Source: Blastocystis sp. Blastoise (Eukaryota; Protista; Bigyra: Opalinata). Taken from it: a stretch of DNA of 64,000 nucleotides. A program made the translations under genes and the position numbers. The DNA is taken from contig JBBPEB010000034.1 of assembly GCA_039096225.1 (NCBI GenBank), forward strand, positions 992,001 through 1,056,000, given 5' to 3'. Below, in pieces: positions 1-10,990 of the stretch; the first letter of the stretch is position 1, and every line of letters starts with the position of its first letter. The notes under the pieces were generated by a model. The model did no database searches. It was given only the letters and a program-made list of their open reading frames with translations, and had not been told where the DNA came from.

Positions 1-627
1 AAAGATATTATTATTCAGAATGATACTGATACGATCCAAACAAATGCATCTAAATTATGTACTGGATATATAAATGGATCATATTATCCTACATTTAGTT
101 TTCCTTTATCGGATAAATATGTTACTTATAGTAATATAAATTCTCCAATCACAATTGATCATAATATAGATTTAAGATTTGATGAATTATTCAAAGGAAA
201 TATAATTTGTAATATATGTGAACCGAATGGTAGTGATATACGTTTCAAAGCTTATGATGAAGTGTATTGTGATTTTAGTACAAGTAAGAATTTAATTTAT
301 GAATTGAAGAAAACCAATGTGTATGGATATCAATACTTAACGAATATACAAATTATATCAGTGTATGGTCAATCCACTGATTACTTATATCCTATTTCAT
401 TAAGATGTTTTACTAATGAATATGAGAATAATATTCATGTTATTGATACTACAAATCTACCTTATTACTATTCGAATGGTATTAAATATGAAGGTATATC
501 CAATAAGATCAATAAGAATGTCTATTATTGTAATCGTAAATTATTAAAGTTATTACCTCATGATAATATGTTCTTTATAACATGTGATTATCCTTGTGTT
601 GTTTTATTAACTATCTCTTATATATAA
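1..627 (+). CDS. Viral hypothetical protein, 5'-truncated by the window edge
   Basis: Frame 1 is open from base 1 (KDIIIQNDTDT...) to TAA at 627 and has no introns. The ORF track's 262 start is an internal GTG. Confidence 0.7.
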   Translation, partial: KDIIIQNDTDTIQTNASKLCTGYINGSYYPTFSFPLSDKYVTYSNINSPITIDHNIDLRFDELFKGNIICNICEPNGSDIRFKAYDEVYCDFSTSKNLIYELKKTNVYGYQYLTNIQIISVYGQSTDYLYPISLRCFTNEYENNIHVIDTTNLPYYYSNGIKYEGISNKINKNVYYCNRKLLKLLPHDNMFFITCDYPCVVLLTISYI

Positions 628-699
628 ATATTTTAATGATATATTTAAATTTAAAAAAAAAATGTTTTGTTATATTATTCATTTAAAAATTATTAAAAA

Positions 700-1122
700 A
701 TGGAGCCTAAATCTGTATCTGAATCCTTACATTCTTTATCAAGTACAAGTTCAACAAGTTCAGATAGTTCAACAACAACCACATTATCAGAAGAAGAAAT
801 AGAAAAGAAAAATACTTTATTAGAATTTATTATAAAAGCTATAAAATGTTTATTTGAGAAATCAACTGAATTCTTTCAATTAATTGTTAAAAATATAGAT
901 ATTCATTGTAATTGTTGTAATCCACAAACAAAGAAAGTCTATTATAAGACAATGAAAATACAACAAACTATTATTGAAGAAGAAGTCAAACATATATCAG
1001 AAGTCTTGAATGAATTAGAAGAAATTGATTCTAATCAAAATGAATCAATACAAGAATTAGCTGTTCAATTAATGAAATTAAATATAAGTGTTGATTCTAT
1101 TGTTCAATCTCTTCATTTATAA
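700..1122 (+). CDS. Viral hypothetical protein (Ser/Thr-rich N-terminus, amphipathic helix, CNCC motif, C-terminal coiled coil)
   Basis: 140-aa ATG-initiated ORF with coding-like composition; no family recognised. Confidence 0.7.
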   Translation: MEPKSVSESLHSLSSTSSTSSDSSTTTTLSEEEIEKKNTLLEFIIKAIKCLFEKSTEFFQLIVKNIDIHCNCCNPQTKKVYYKTMKIQQTIIEEEVKHISEVLNELEEIDSNQNESIQELAVQLMKLNISVDSIVQSLHL

Positions 1123-1449
1123 TTCTATGAAATGTTATAAAATATTAATAATAAACAAGCGTTTCACGACTGGCTACGCCAGCCTACGCTTGAATCTAAA
1201 TAAACATAAAAAAATAATTTGTAAAAAGACTATCTTTTCATTATATAAAAATTATTTATTTCAAATTTTGTTTTATTTTATTAATATTATCAATAATCGT
1301 TTCATAAAAAGAAAATTAAAAAAAAAAAATTAACAATATATAAAATAAAGATTACATTCTATTTCATTAGTAAATATATTTAAATACTTTAAAAACTTTT
1401 ATTATTGTACATAAAATATAGTCTATGCAATAAATAAGTTATTATAAAA

Positions 1450-3800
1450 AAACTCTAAAAAACTATAACATTTTGAAATACATATACTCACTTTTATTAA
1501 AACGAATTTTGTGCTAATATACATATATATTTAATTTATTATTTTAATTTATAAAGAATAATTTGAATCTCTTTTATTTAAAGTCACAATTACAAAAAAT
1601 GAGTTCTTTTGAAAGACACAAAACATTCTTTAAACAATAATAGTTTTGTATTTAGTGACAAAAAAACGTATTATACGGTTTTAGAAACAATTAAAATCAT
1701 TTTACCCATTTTAACATTCCTATCAAACAGTCAACCATGTTTAATTAAACTAATTTTTAATATTTTATGTTCTATAATAAGTCTATTTATTATTTTAATA
1801 AAAGGTAACTTGAATCTCTTGACTTAACTATTGTAATTCTAAAAAAATAATTTTTTGAACAACTTAAAATATTTATTTGTTGTAGATTTTAATATGAAAC
1901 AGTTAAAAAACACTCTATACATACTTATTACAACCATTTTAGAAAAATAGACTCATTTTAACATTTTATTCAAACACACAACCACCTTTATTTCAAACAA
2001 TTCTTTAATTATTATAAACATTAAACACTCTAATACTCATTTTTACAAAAAGTGTATTGAATCTCTTTACTTAAGACAGTCAAACGGACAATTCAAAATC
2101 ATTTTACCCTTTAAACTCATTATAAAGTAATAATATTTATACAATTGCTTTGATATGTGATTTAGGACACATTGAACTACTTTTTACAAAATTTTGAGTC
2201 AACATTTCCAGTTTGTCATTCACTCGTCAACTCCACTTTTGACTGATTTTTTGAGAAATGCAATACATATGTAGTCTAGTTTTCAAATATGTAAAAATTA
2301 ATTGTCAAATATGAATTTGATTTGTCAACTTTCGGAAAATTTTTAGAAAAATGATTTTTCAATTTTCAGTTTTTTAACATGTTATACTATTGACTCTACT
2401 AAACTCATTTCTTAATTAATTTTGAATATTAAAATTTATATTATTAATATGTTTTATTCTCTATATTTATTTGTTATAATTATATAAAATAATTAAATAT
2501 TGACTGAGAAATTAATGTTATAAAGTATACCCTTTTTTCAAAAAATAATTTTTTTATGTTTTGCATATATAATTTTTTATCTCAAAAGTTATTTTATATT
2601 TTGATAATATTTTTCTAAATATATAAACTATATGTTATCTAGTTTATAAATAAGTTTTATTTATTTTATTTAAATTAATATTGATGGAGAAATTGTCAAA
2701 ATAAACTATAGTATCAAAAATGCTTTCTTCTTTTTAAACGACTTATTTCACTAATTAAAGATTTTTAAAAACTAATTTTCTTATTTAAAGCTTATTTATG
2801 ACGTTCACAACTCATAATGACTGATAACTTACTTTTTAGAACAAACATTGTCTGTATCAGTTCAACATGTTGTCTTAACTTTTGTAAATGAGTGACATAT
2901 AGTGTCCACGAATGATTCTAAACACTAATTAAAACGTTTTAAGAGTTTATTAAGTTAACATTGTCTGGTGATCTGTTGTCAAAGTCTTTTAAAAACAAAA
3001 TAAAATAATAAAATATGTTTATTTTGATATGTAGTTTTTGAATATAGTGTCAAATGTCAAATATGCTTGTTAATGATGAAAATATAAACAAAAAACAAAT
3101 GAAAAATTTTTAACAAAATTTTCGAACGTCATTTTTTTATTGAGTTTAACTATTGTCTCCTGTGACTTCATTTTTTAATATTTTAAAAAAATGGCAAAAA
3201 CGGATGACATTTAGGTCGTGCTATATCTAAATAAGCTTTAACTTTATTATTTTATAAAATATTGACTGAGATCTGATGATAACAAAATATACCATTTTTA
3301 GAAAAATTTCATTTTTATGTTTTTAATATAAATTAACATATCTCGGTCAATATTAAATATTAAACAAAAATATAAAAAACGGATGACATTTAGGTTGTCT
3401 AATATCTAAATATGTTTTTATTTTTATTATATATTGAATATTGACTGAGATCTGATGATAACAAAATTGGGTATCAAAGATGAAAAATTTTTATAAACAA
3501 ATATTTTCTTATTAAAAGATATAATTAAAATATAAAACATATTTATGACGGATATAGAGTTAACTAAATACATTAAAGCTCAAATAAGTTTATTAAGAAG
3601 GAATGTGTTGGATATCAGTTTGTCTTTTGTCGTTATTTAAAGGAATTATTGCTATTTCAGAGTAGTTAAAGTCATCTACATTACGCATGTAATCATTTTA
3701 GAGTTTAAAGTTAGTAATGTGTGTATTGATATGTTGTCAAGTTGTAAATATAAACAAATTTACCCGTCAAAACTATTTAATAGACCAACCCGTCAATAAA
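1450..3800. repeat. Diverged tandem-repeat non-coding region (about 247-bp, 180-bp and 760-bp periods)
   Basis: TTGAATCTCTT at 1563/1810/2057. CATTTTAACATT at 1707/1954. AAAACGGATGACATTTAGGT at 3197/3376. A 30-bp identical block at 3259/3438, with related copies at 2497/2678. Confidence 0.75.
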
Positions 3801-4180
3801 AGTTAATTTTATAAAAATAAATATAAAGAATGTGAGTAGATATAGGAAAAATAAGAAAACAATAAAAAATGAAAAACGAAAAATAAGTGTTTTTATAAAA
3901 ATGAAGAATATTGGATAAAATAAAAATAATCCAATAATTTTGGTTAAAATTTTGTGCGAAAATGGTTTTTTGCGTTTTTTAGCCAGAAATTTAGACTTTT
4001 CGAAAAATTTCTTTAACAGCCATTTTCAGAATTGTGTTCCGGATTTTATGATGTTATTTTTATTTTATAAAAGCTAATAACAAATTCAATAAAGGTGAAA
4101 GTGTGTGAGACACCGTACGCTACATGAACTAAATTAAGGATATTAATTTGTTTTGTTTATAAATAATTTAATTTTTAATA

Positions 4181-5977
4181 ATGCAATCAACAGGTTATTC
4201 AGATAAAGATTGTGAAGAATTCTTTACAAATTGTATAGATCAATTATTACATTGGAAGAAAATACAATTATCAACAAGTATAAATTGGAAGAAATGGATC
4301 AAGACAATATGTAAGAAATTTCGTAATGAAGAACGAATTCAAATAGATGATATGGAAGAACCGTTCTTTTGTGTAGAAGTGTTAACAGATCCATTTCAAT
4401 TTCAAAATGTTATGCAACATACACAAACAGAAGCTCCTGGACAACAAGGTGGATTATCCAATACTACTGTAGCTAATTATATGCAAATGATTACTTATAT
4501 AATGAAGAATATATCTATTTGTACAGATGATGAAGATATCATTAATTATAAAGCATTTACTCCACAAAATATAAAGAAATGGGAACATTTATGGGGTTCT
4601 TTACAAATTGATGCTACTTACTCAAGACATTATGAAATCACTCAGAAAATTATTAATTGTGAAGCTGATTGGGGAGAAATCATTAATATCACCAAAAAGA
4701 ATTATTTAGAGAATCCTAATGATTTATATTATGTGAATAGTTATTTATTAGTTTTAACTTATGATACACTCTGTGCTCGTAATGATTATAATGATTGTGT
4801 AATCTATACTCGTGGTCAACAAATTCCTTTATCGTTAAGAAGAACAACTAATTATATTGATTTAAATACTTTAACTATTCATGTGAATGATACAAAAAAT
4901 CGATTTGAAATTGGTAAGAATGAATATCCTACTTATCAATATTTATCAGAAGAATATTTGAATGTCTTAGCTAGATCCTTACGTTTATTTCCAAGACATT
5001 ATTTATTTGTTACTGAAAATGGTGGTAAAGTACGTGATTTGAAATTTGGTGATGAATATATAAAACCCCATTTAGGCTGGATTTATAAAACACAACAGAA
5101 TAATTCTTTAATTAATGGTTGTGATATTATAAGACATTTATTTGCTCAATATTATTATAGATTATCAAGAGAAGCACAATTCCAACATAATGATTCAGAA
5201 CACGAATCTAAAGGTGTAGAACTGTTTGAAAATTCGATTATGAAGATGTTACATAGTCAATCAACACATATGGAAAATTATATATCTCCTTATTTATCTT
5301 CTCATTCAACTAAATTGCAAGATTTAGATAATAAAACAAGAACATTTCATATTGATATGAATAATATTACTTATACAAGAGAAATTAATCAATTAAATAA
5401 ATTATTATTTTTATGTAAACGATTTAATGATCGTATAGAACAATATGAAGAAGACTATGAAGATGTATTTGGTAAAGAGAATTTCAATATGAAATCAGAA
5501 TCGATATTAAGTAGTCTAGAACAATATTCATCAGATAATGATACTATAATGATTACATTAAGATATTATAAAGATCTATTAAAGCATAAGTATCCTGATA
5601 AAAACGATTTAGAAAATGAATTACCTGTAGGATGTTCATTAGAATCTGAAGAAGTTCCAGAGAATTCTAGAGATCGTTATAATCGTTTTATACGTAATAA
5701 ACAATTATTACCTGATCATTTACATAATAATACAACGGATTCAGAATTAACGAATACTCAAGCATCTCTTATGCAACAAAATACTCAAGATGAAAACTCT
5801 ACACCTATAGTTATGAATAATTCAGATACTTATGCATTACGTAGTCTTTCTACTATGCCTCCTTTAGAACCTATTCATCGTGGTCATGGTTTATTGAAAA
5901 AACATAAAGGTAATGCATTCTTTAAAGTCAAAGTCCCTAAAAAACATTTTCATGGAATTCAATTTAAATTTTATTAA
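4181..5977 (+). CDS. Tyrosine recombinase/integrase (PLV/virophage type) with a long C-terminal extension
   Basis: Catalytic motifs in order: ARND (R), NYI..., NDTKN (K), YLF, DIIRH (R), MLHS (H), HMENY (Y). Confidence 0.75.
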   Translation: MQSTGYSDKDCEEFFTNCIDQLLHWKKIQLSTSINWKKWIKTICKKFRNEERIQIDDMEEPFFCVEVLTDPFQFQNVMQHTQTEAPGQQGGLSNTTVANYMQMITYIMKNISICTDDEDIINYKAFTPQNIKKWEHLWGSLQIDATYSRHYEITQKIINCEADWGEIINITKKNYLENPNDLYYVNSYLLVLTYDTLCARNDYNDCVIYTRGQQIPLSLRRTTNYIDLNTLTIHVNDTKNRFEIGKNEYPTYQYLSEEYLNVLARSLRLFPRHYLFVTENGGKVRDLKFGDEYIKPHLGWIYKTQQNNSLINGCDIIRHLFAQYYYRLSREAQFQHNDSEHESKGVELFENSIMKMLHSQSTHMENYISPYLSSHSTKLQDLDNKTRTFHIDMNNITYTREINQLNKLLFLCKRFNDRIEQYEEDYEDVFGKENFNMKSESILSSLEQYSSDNDTIMITLRYYKDLLKHKYPDKNDLENELPVGCSLESEEVPENSRDRYNRFIRNKQLLPDHLHNNTTDSELTNTQASLMQQNTQDENSTPIVMNNSDTYALRSLSTMPPLEPIHRGHGLLKKHKGNAFFKVKVPKKHFHGIQFKFY

Positions 5978-6021
5978 TTTTAAAACAAAACAACTTTTTA
6001 TAATAAAAAATAAATATATAT

Positions 6022-9000
6022 TTAATTTGGTATAGCATATAAAGTATTATCTATTAAAATTCGTTTTGTTGATGACGTATTATGATATTGATCTTCACTA
6101 TAAACAATTTCTTCTTTCTTAGATAAACAATTGGATAAACAGAATAAATCTGTATCCACACATTCATTATAAGTATTATCAATCATTAAACCACAAATAC
6201 CAATAGCATTCCCTCCCTTATAGAAATTTGAAGTATGTTTTCTATGAATATTCACAATATCTATAGAATTGAATGTATCTTTACTACTTAAACAACCAAA
6301 TAAAGCATTTGTAAATTTATCTAAATCCTTCTTAATCGTAAATTGATTATTATTATTCACTTTCTTATAACTATTAAAAATATCTTCAATAGTAACTACA
6401 TTCAAATAATAAGGATCTATAGTCATATGGTTATCAACAAAAGATTTCAAATCATATCCTTCTGTACTACGATCAAAGAATCGTTTCTTACATTCACTTA
6501 TATGATATTCATTATCTAATTCATGCATATCTAATTGCATACTAGAATAGAAATAATTACTTACTAGATAACTAAAGATAATAGAACGATTCTGATAGAA
6601 TTTATCGGATAGAGTATAATCCATTTCATAATGATTGGGTTTCAATCTCTTTTCTACTGTCTGTTTACGTTTCGGTAAATTATGATCTACATAATCTTCA
6701 TATAAATTAGCATTACCAGGAGGGAAATAACGACAACATGAAGGTAAGAAACACACTCTTCTTTCAATAGGACCAGCATTCACAGCAGTAGGTTGAATAT
6801 TACTTGTCATAAATAAAGTACCCGTGAAATGAACTTTTGTAAATATATTACTGAATAATTTACGAGCACTAGCACCTTCTTTCTTTTCTGCTATTTCTTT
6901 AAATACTTTAGAAGAGAATGGATTAAATGTTTTCTTTCTACCAGTAACATCTTCTTCTATTAATTCATTCATATAATACATTGTTTTATTAGACATATCT
7001 ACAATCTTAGGAGCTATAGATGTTTCTTCTAAATTATCTGGATTTACTATAATACATTGATTACTACCTACAATACGAGAAATTAAATCAGTTGTTATTG
7101 TTTTACCATTACTACCTGTACTACCATATAATATATAAGAAACAGTTTTCTGAGTATTGACATAGAAAGCAGTGGTTAAGATACGTAACATAATACTTTC
7201 ATATTTCTTATCGAATTCACAATATCTTGCAATATGTTGTTCAAATAATTGGATAATATCTTTCTGTTCATTATTAATATTCCAACTGACATTAAATTCA
7301 GTATCAATTAATAAATCTTCAAATACCATATCTTCTTTATGATATGGTTGGATATAATATTGTCTAGGATCTTCTTCTGTTGATTCTTTTGGATATAAAT
7401 AACCAAGTTGTGTATAGATAACACGTTCTTTATGAACCATATACGTATCTAAATATTCTTTATAAGATTTACCATAAGTCTTCAAATAACGATTCAACCA
7501 TTCTTTATAATGATATTCATTAGTAACAGAAGCAGACATTATTTTATCAACTATTTTTTGATGTTGTTCATTCTCTTTAGAATATAATCTTGATAATTTG
7601 AATTTCTCTACAATCGATTTCATAAATGTAGTTATTTTGGTTTCAAAGAAATTAATATCATAATTATTCTTACAACGTCTTAAGATATTATATTCATCAA
7701 ATGTATATAAGATAAAATTATCTTTATCTAATATAATGGAAACAATTTCATTAAATTCTAATAATTGAAATAACATAACTAATGTTTGTGAATCTACAAG
7801 ATTAAAGGATTGAATACATTCTAAAATAGACATAAATATGAAATCATTATCATCATCTTTATTAAATAATTTATTATCCATTAATATCTTCAAAATATAA
7901 TTATTCGATAAATGAGTAGGATCAACTTGTATATGATTCCATGTAGATTCAATTACATCATCACTTCGATCATGACCATAACGTAATGAATAATTTTTAA
8001 ATAATTCTAATCCTCTTGTTGTATTACAAATCTGTTTTGCTGCACAACATAATTTATACCAAGTATTATGAGATTCAAAATAATTCATATCTTCAATAGA
8101 ACCAATCAATAATAAATATCGTTCTAATAAAGCTTCTTTAGATGCTGTAGTATCCAATATAGTATCTGTAGAAATCAACATAGGAATATCTTTAATATCT
8201 TGTATAGAACATAATATAGTACGTGAACAATTATTTAATCTTGCATAATAACGTTTATAACGTGAATATTGTTTTAATTTATAAAAGATAATAGGATTAA
8301 TAATATCACTTATAATATCATCTTCATTCTTATAATTCAATAATGTTTTGAAATAATAATGTTCATCGATTTCTCCTTCTATTTTCTTCCATGATTTATT
8401 TGTATATTCTTCGTATAATTTATAAGTAGATGGAGAATTATCTTTACTACAACCAAGAAACATACAACCATTATTCTTTCTTGGTTTACCAATAACATTA
8501 TAATCAATGAATTCTTTTATATCTAAATTATTCATTTTACATAAATCAACCAATTTTGTATTCAGAATCATACTATTATATAAGAAAAATAAATAATCAC
8601 CATTTACAAACCAATTTGTATATATGTGAATTCCCCATGAATAATGTATTTCATTATGAACTGTCTTCTTATTCACTTCTTTCTTTGTATACACAAGCGA
8701 AATAAATTCTTGATTATAATAATGAATACAATGATTACATATTTCTTCAATAAATTCATGAATAAATGAATCTGTTAGAAAAGAAAAATCATTTGATATT
8801 TGGTGATAATCTAAATCAAACCATAATCTTCTATAATTAGTTGATGTATTACAAGGAGTACAATCAATATAATGTAATAATTCTTTTGGATTTTGGTAAT
8901 TAGTAAATAGACTTTTATAAAATGGTAATGGATTTGGTATAATAATTTCACTATGATTATCTTTTGAATTATCATGATTAAAGGAACCAAAAGTATAAAC

Positions 9001-9024
9001 AAAATGAATTTGTGAATTTTCCAT
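6022..9024 (-). CDS. D5-like primase-helicase (AEP + PriCT-2-like + SF3 helicase)
   Basis: AEP motifs WFDLD, WGIHIY and DYNV...FLGCSK. PriCT-2-like segment HNTWYKLCCAAK...LELFKNYS. Walker A YGSTGSNGKT, Walker B YYMNE, motif C FMTSN, Arg finger ERRV. First ATG is at 9024 (MENSQ). Confidence 0.9.
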   Translation of the reverse strand: MENSQIHFVYTFGSFNHDNSKDNHSEIIIPNPLPFYKSLFTNYQNPKELLHYIDCTPCNTSTNYRRLWFDLDYHQISNDFSFLTDSFIHEFIEEICNHCIHYYNQEFISLVYTKKEVNKKTVHNEIHYSWGIHIYTNWFVNGDYLFFLYNSMILNTKLVDLCKMNNLDIKEFIDYNVIGKPRKNNGCMFLGCSKDNSPSTYKLYEEYTNKSWKKIEGEIDEHYYFKTLLNYKNEDDIISDIINPIIFYKLKQYSRYKRYYARLNNCSRTILCSIQDIKDIPMLISTDTILDTTASKEALLERYLLLIGSIEDMNYFESHNTWYKLCCAAKQICNTTRGLELFKNYSLRYGHDRSDDVIESTWNHIQVDPTHLSNNYILKILMDNKLFNKDDDNDFIFMSILECIQSFNLVDSQTLVMLFQLLEFNEIVSIILDKDNFILYTFDEYNILRRCKNNYDINFFETKITTFMKSIVEKFKLSRLYSKENEQHQKIVDKIMSASVTNEYHYKEWLNRYLKTYGKSYKEYLDTYMVHKERVIYTQLGYLYPKESTEEDPRQYYIQPYHKEDMVFEDLLIDTEFNVSWNINNEQKDIIQLFEQHIARYCEFDKKYESIMLRILTTAFYVNTQKTVSYILYGSTGSNGKTITTDLISRIVGSNQCIIVNPDNLEETSIAPKIVDMSNKTMYYMNELIEEDVTGRKKTFNPFSSKVFKEIAEKKEGASARKLFSNIFTKVHFTGTLFMTSNIQPTAVNAGPIERRVCFLPSCCRYFPPGNANLYEDYVDHNLPKRKQTVEKRLKPNHYEMDYTLSDKFYQNRSIIFSYLVSNYFYSSMQLDMHELDNEYHISECKKRFFDRSTEGYDLKSFVDNHMTIDPYYLNVVTIEDIFNSYKKVNNNNQFTIKKDLDKFTNALFGCLSSKDTFNSIDIVNIHRKHTSNFYKGGNAIGICGLMIDNTYNECVDTDLFCLSNCLSKKEEIVYSEDQYHNTSSTKRILIDNTLYAIPN

Positions 9025-9109
9025 GATTATTTGACTTATAAATAATGAAAATAAATATGGTATAAAATTCAAAACAAATAATATATTAAAGATTCTAGAA
9101 GTCAGTTTT

Positions 9110-9241
9110 AGAAGCTTCTAGAACATTCTAGAATATTCAGGAACATTCTATAATAGTAAATATTACTTTATATTTTTAAATGTTCTAGAACCTTCGAGAA
9201 CATTCTAGAACCTTCTAGAACCTTCTAGAACCTTCTAGAAC
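9110..9241. promoter_or_regulatory. Two heat-shock-element arrays (8 and 12 in-phase inverted nGAAn units) upstream of the primase-helicase
   Basis: 9110-9149: aGAAgcTTCtaGAAcaTTCtaGAAtaTTCagGAAcaTTCt. 9182-9241: gTTCtaGAAccTTCgaGAAcaTTCtaGAAccTTCtaGAAccTTCtaGAAccTTCtaGAAc. Confidence 0.8.
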
Positions 9242-9350
9242 ATCATTTTTATACTTTAGTGTTTTAAATGTATATACAATAAACAAAACAATTTTCAATG
9301 ATTTTTTACAAGTTTATAAGTAAAACTAGAAAAATAAACAAGAAAAATAA

Positions 9351-9974
9351 TTAAATTTCAATTGGTTCTTGACTATTAATATATGTACATGAATGAGGCC
9401 ATCCATTTTTATCATATAAAATACCATCCCAGAAATACATTTGTTTTGAAGGATCTCTTTTAATCTTGTTAATACTCTTAGCATGAACAACTTCATAAGA
9501 ATAAACTTTACCTTTTTCATCATAAAGGAATCCATCTTCCATATGGAATTTCATAATATCAAAATCATCATCTTTAGAATTCGAATGTTCTTTAGAATCT
9601 TCAGAACATAAAATAGTAGTTCTATCACTTTCTAAAAGATCTTCAGTATTGATAATATCTTGAATATCTTGTTCTTCATTAAGTTGTTGAGTATAAATAT
9701 CAGCAGCGAATTCTTCATAATCTTCAAGACCTTTAATAACCGCGTTTATACGTTTTAAAGCTGATCTATAGTTTTCGACTTCGAAAGAAGCAAGACGTTC
9801 TTTAGATTTTGCAATACCCAATAGATTCTTTTCTCTATTCAATTGAGACTGATGTAAATCAATATCACGAAGAACATTCTTATGAACTTCAACAGCCTTC
9901 TTAGAATTCTTAAGAAGTTCCATACGAACAGTTTGAAGACATTTACGGGAATCAGCAGAAAGATTAAATTGCAT
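9351..9974 (-). CDS. Viral hypothetical protein with an N-terminal coiled coil
   Basis: ORF from ATG 9974 (MQFNLS). Heptad-like N-terminal half; C-terminus has two DG.LYD..G repeats (DGFLYDEKG, DGILYDKNG). Confidence 0.75.
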   Translation of the reverse strand: MQFNLSADSRKCLQTVRMELLKNSKKAVEVHKNVLRDIDLHQSQLNREKNLLGIAKSKERLASFEVENYRSALKRINAVIKGLEDYEEFAADIYTQQLNEEQDIQDIINTEDLLESDRTTILCSEDSKEHSNSKDDDFDIMKFHMEDGFLYDEKGKVYSYEVVHAKSINKIKRDPSKQMYFWDGILYDKNGWPHSCTYINSQEPIEI

Positions 9975-10084
9975 TATAATCGCGAATATCGTTACAGAGA
10001 GAAAATTTGTATTTATCAAAATGAAATAAATAATACATTTAAATGGAATATTAAATATTCTAGGAGACAGTGTAGAATCTCTAT

Positions 10085-10256
10085 GGAATGTTCTAGAAGG
10101 TTCATTTGATTGGCTAATTTTGTCGACTTAGCATTTTTTATTTGTGTTTCAATGACGAGTATAGTCGGCATCTGTAATCTGATTGGATAAAAAAATTAGT
10201 AAAACACAATTAGACGATGACAACGATGTGTCATACGAAATAAGCTATTTTATTGG
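10085..10256. promoter_or_regulatory. Divergent promoter with a 4-unit HSE and three ATTGG (CCAAT) boxes
   Basis: gGAAtgTTCtaGAAggTTCa at 10085-10104. ATTGG at 10109, 10182 and 10252. Lies between divergent ORFs. Confidence 0.55.
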
Positions 10257-10372
10257 CTTATTTTCCAGCTGGAAGCAATAGGCTTTTGTTAGCAACTGAA
10301 ATGAAGAACTGTACACTAAAAATAGTATATTTAATATATTGTATAAAAATACTTTTGAAGGTTTAAATAATC

Positions 10373-10900
10373 ATGGAAATTCCTGATAGTCTTTCTGCCA
10401 GTTTATCCCCTTTCGGTCAAGCCATGATATCCCCCTTGTTGAATCCATTTGAAAATAGTGTTTCTGCAAATCCTATGGCTTTACCCAATGATAATGATTT
10501 CTGTTTTAATTCGCGTGACGAAATCATATTTGAAGATCCACCTCAAGAAATTCATCCAATCAATGATGTTTATGTATCTAAAAATCCAGATAGATATCAT
10601 TCGGTTAACAATCAACCAATACAATTTCAAGATCAAGTAAATACAAATCCTAATAAGCAAGCATTATTATTTACAAATGAGGAGTTAACAAATATATCCA
10701 GTCAATTCGAATCTTTATTTCAAACTATGGAAACAGCTGATAATATATTAAATAGTATTTATTGTACTGTTGATCATTTAAAAACAAAGATTGAAAGTCA
10801 GAAACAAGATTTGAAACAGATTCATGATGATTCTAAAGAAATTGTTTCATTATTATCCGAATATTCTATTCCTTCTATGTCTGAAATATTTGATCATTAA
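10373..10900 (+). CDS. Viral hypothetical protein with a disordered N-terminus and C-terminal coiled coil
   Basis: 175-aa ATG ORF; Pro/Ser-rich start; heptad pattern LTNISSQF...IVSLL. Confidence 0.75.
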   Translation: MEIPDSLSASLSPFGQAMISPLLNPFENSVSANPMALPNDNDFCFNSRDEIIFEDPPQEIHPINDVYVSKNPDRYHSVNNQPIQFQDQVNTNPNKQALLFTNEELTNISSQFESLFQTMETADNILNSIYCTVDHLKTKIESQKQDLKQIHDDSKEIVSLLSEYSIPSMSEIFDH

Positions 10901-10990
10901 TTATTTTTATTTAATTAATTATTTTGTTTTGTTTATTTTTTTTTAATTTAATTTCACAAAGTTTAAATGGAAAATAGAATAGTTTCAAAT

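Noticed and set aside
1450-3800. CRISPR-like array or protein-coding repeats (ORFs 1088-1333, 1609-1827)
   Set aside because: The repeats are long diverged duplications without a constant repeat and unique spacers. Periods of 247 and 179 bp are not multiples of 3, and the short ORFs look like AT-rich noise.
9182-9241. Simple 10-bp minisatellite, XbaI-site cluster or CRISPR-like repeat
   Set aside because: There are no spacers. Variation is confined to the n positions of nGAAn, and the arrays recur specifically upstream of genes, which fits HSEs better.
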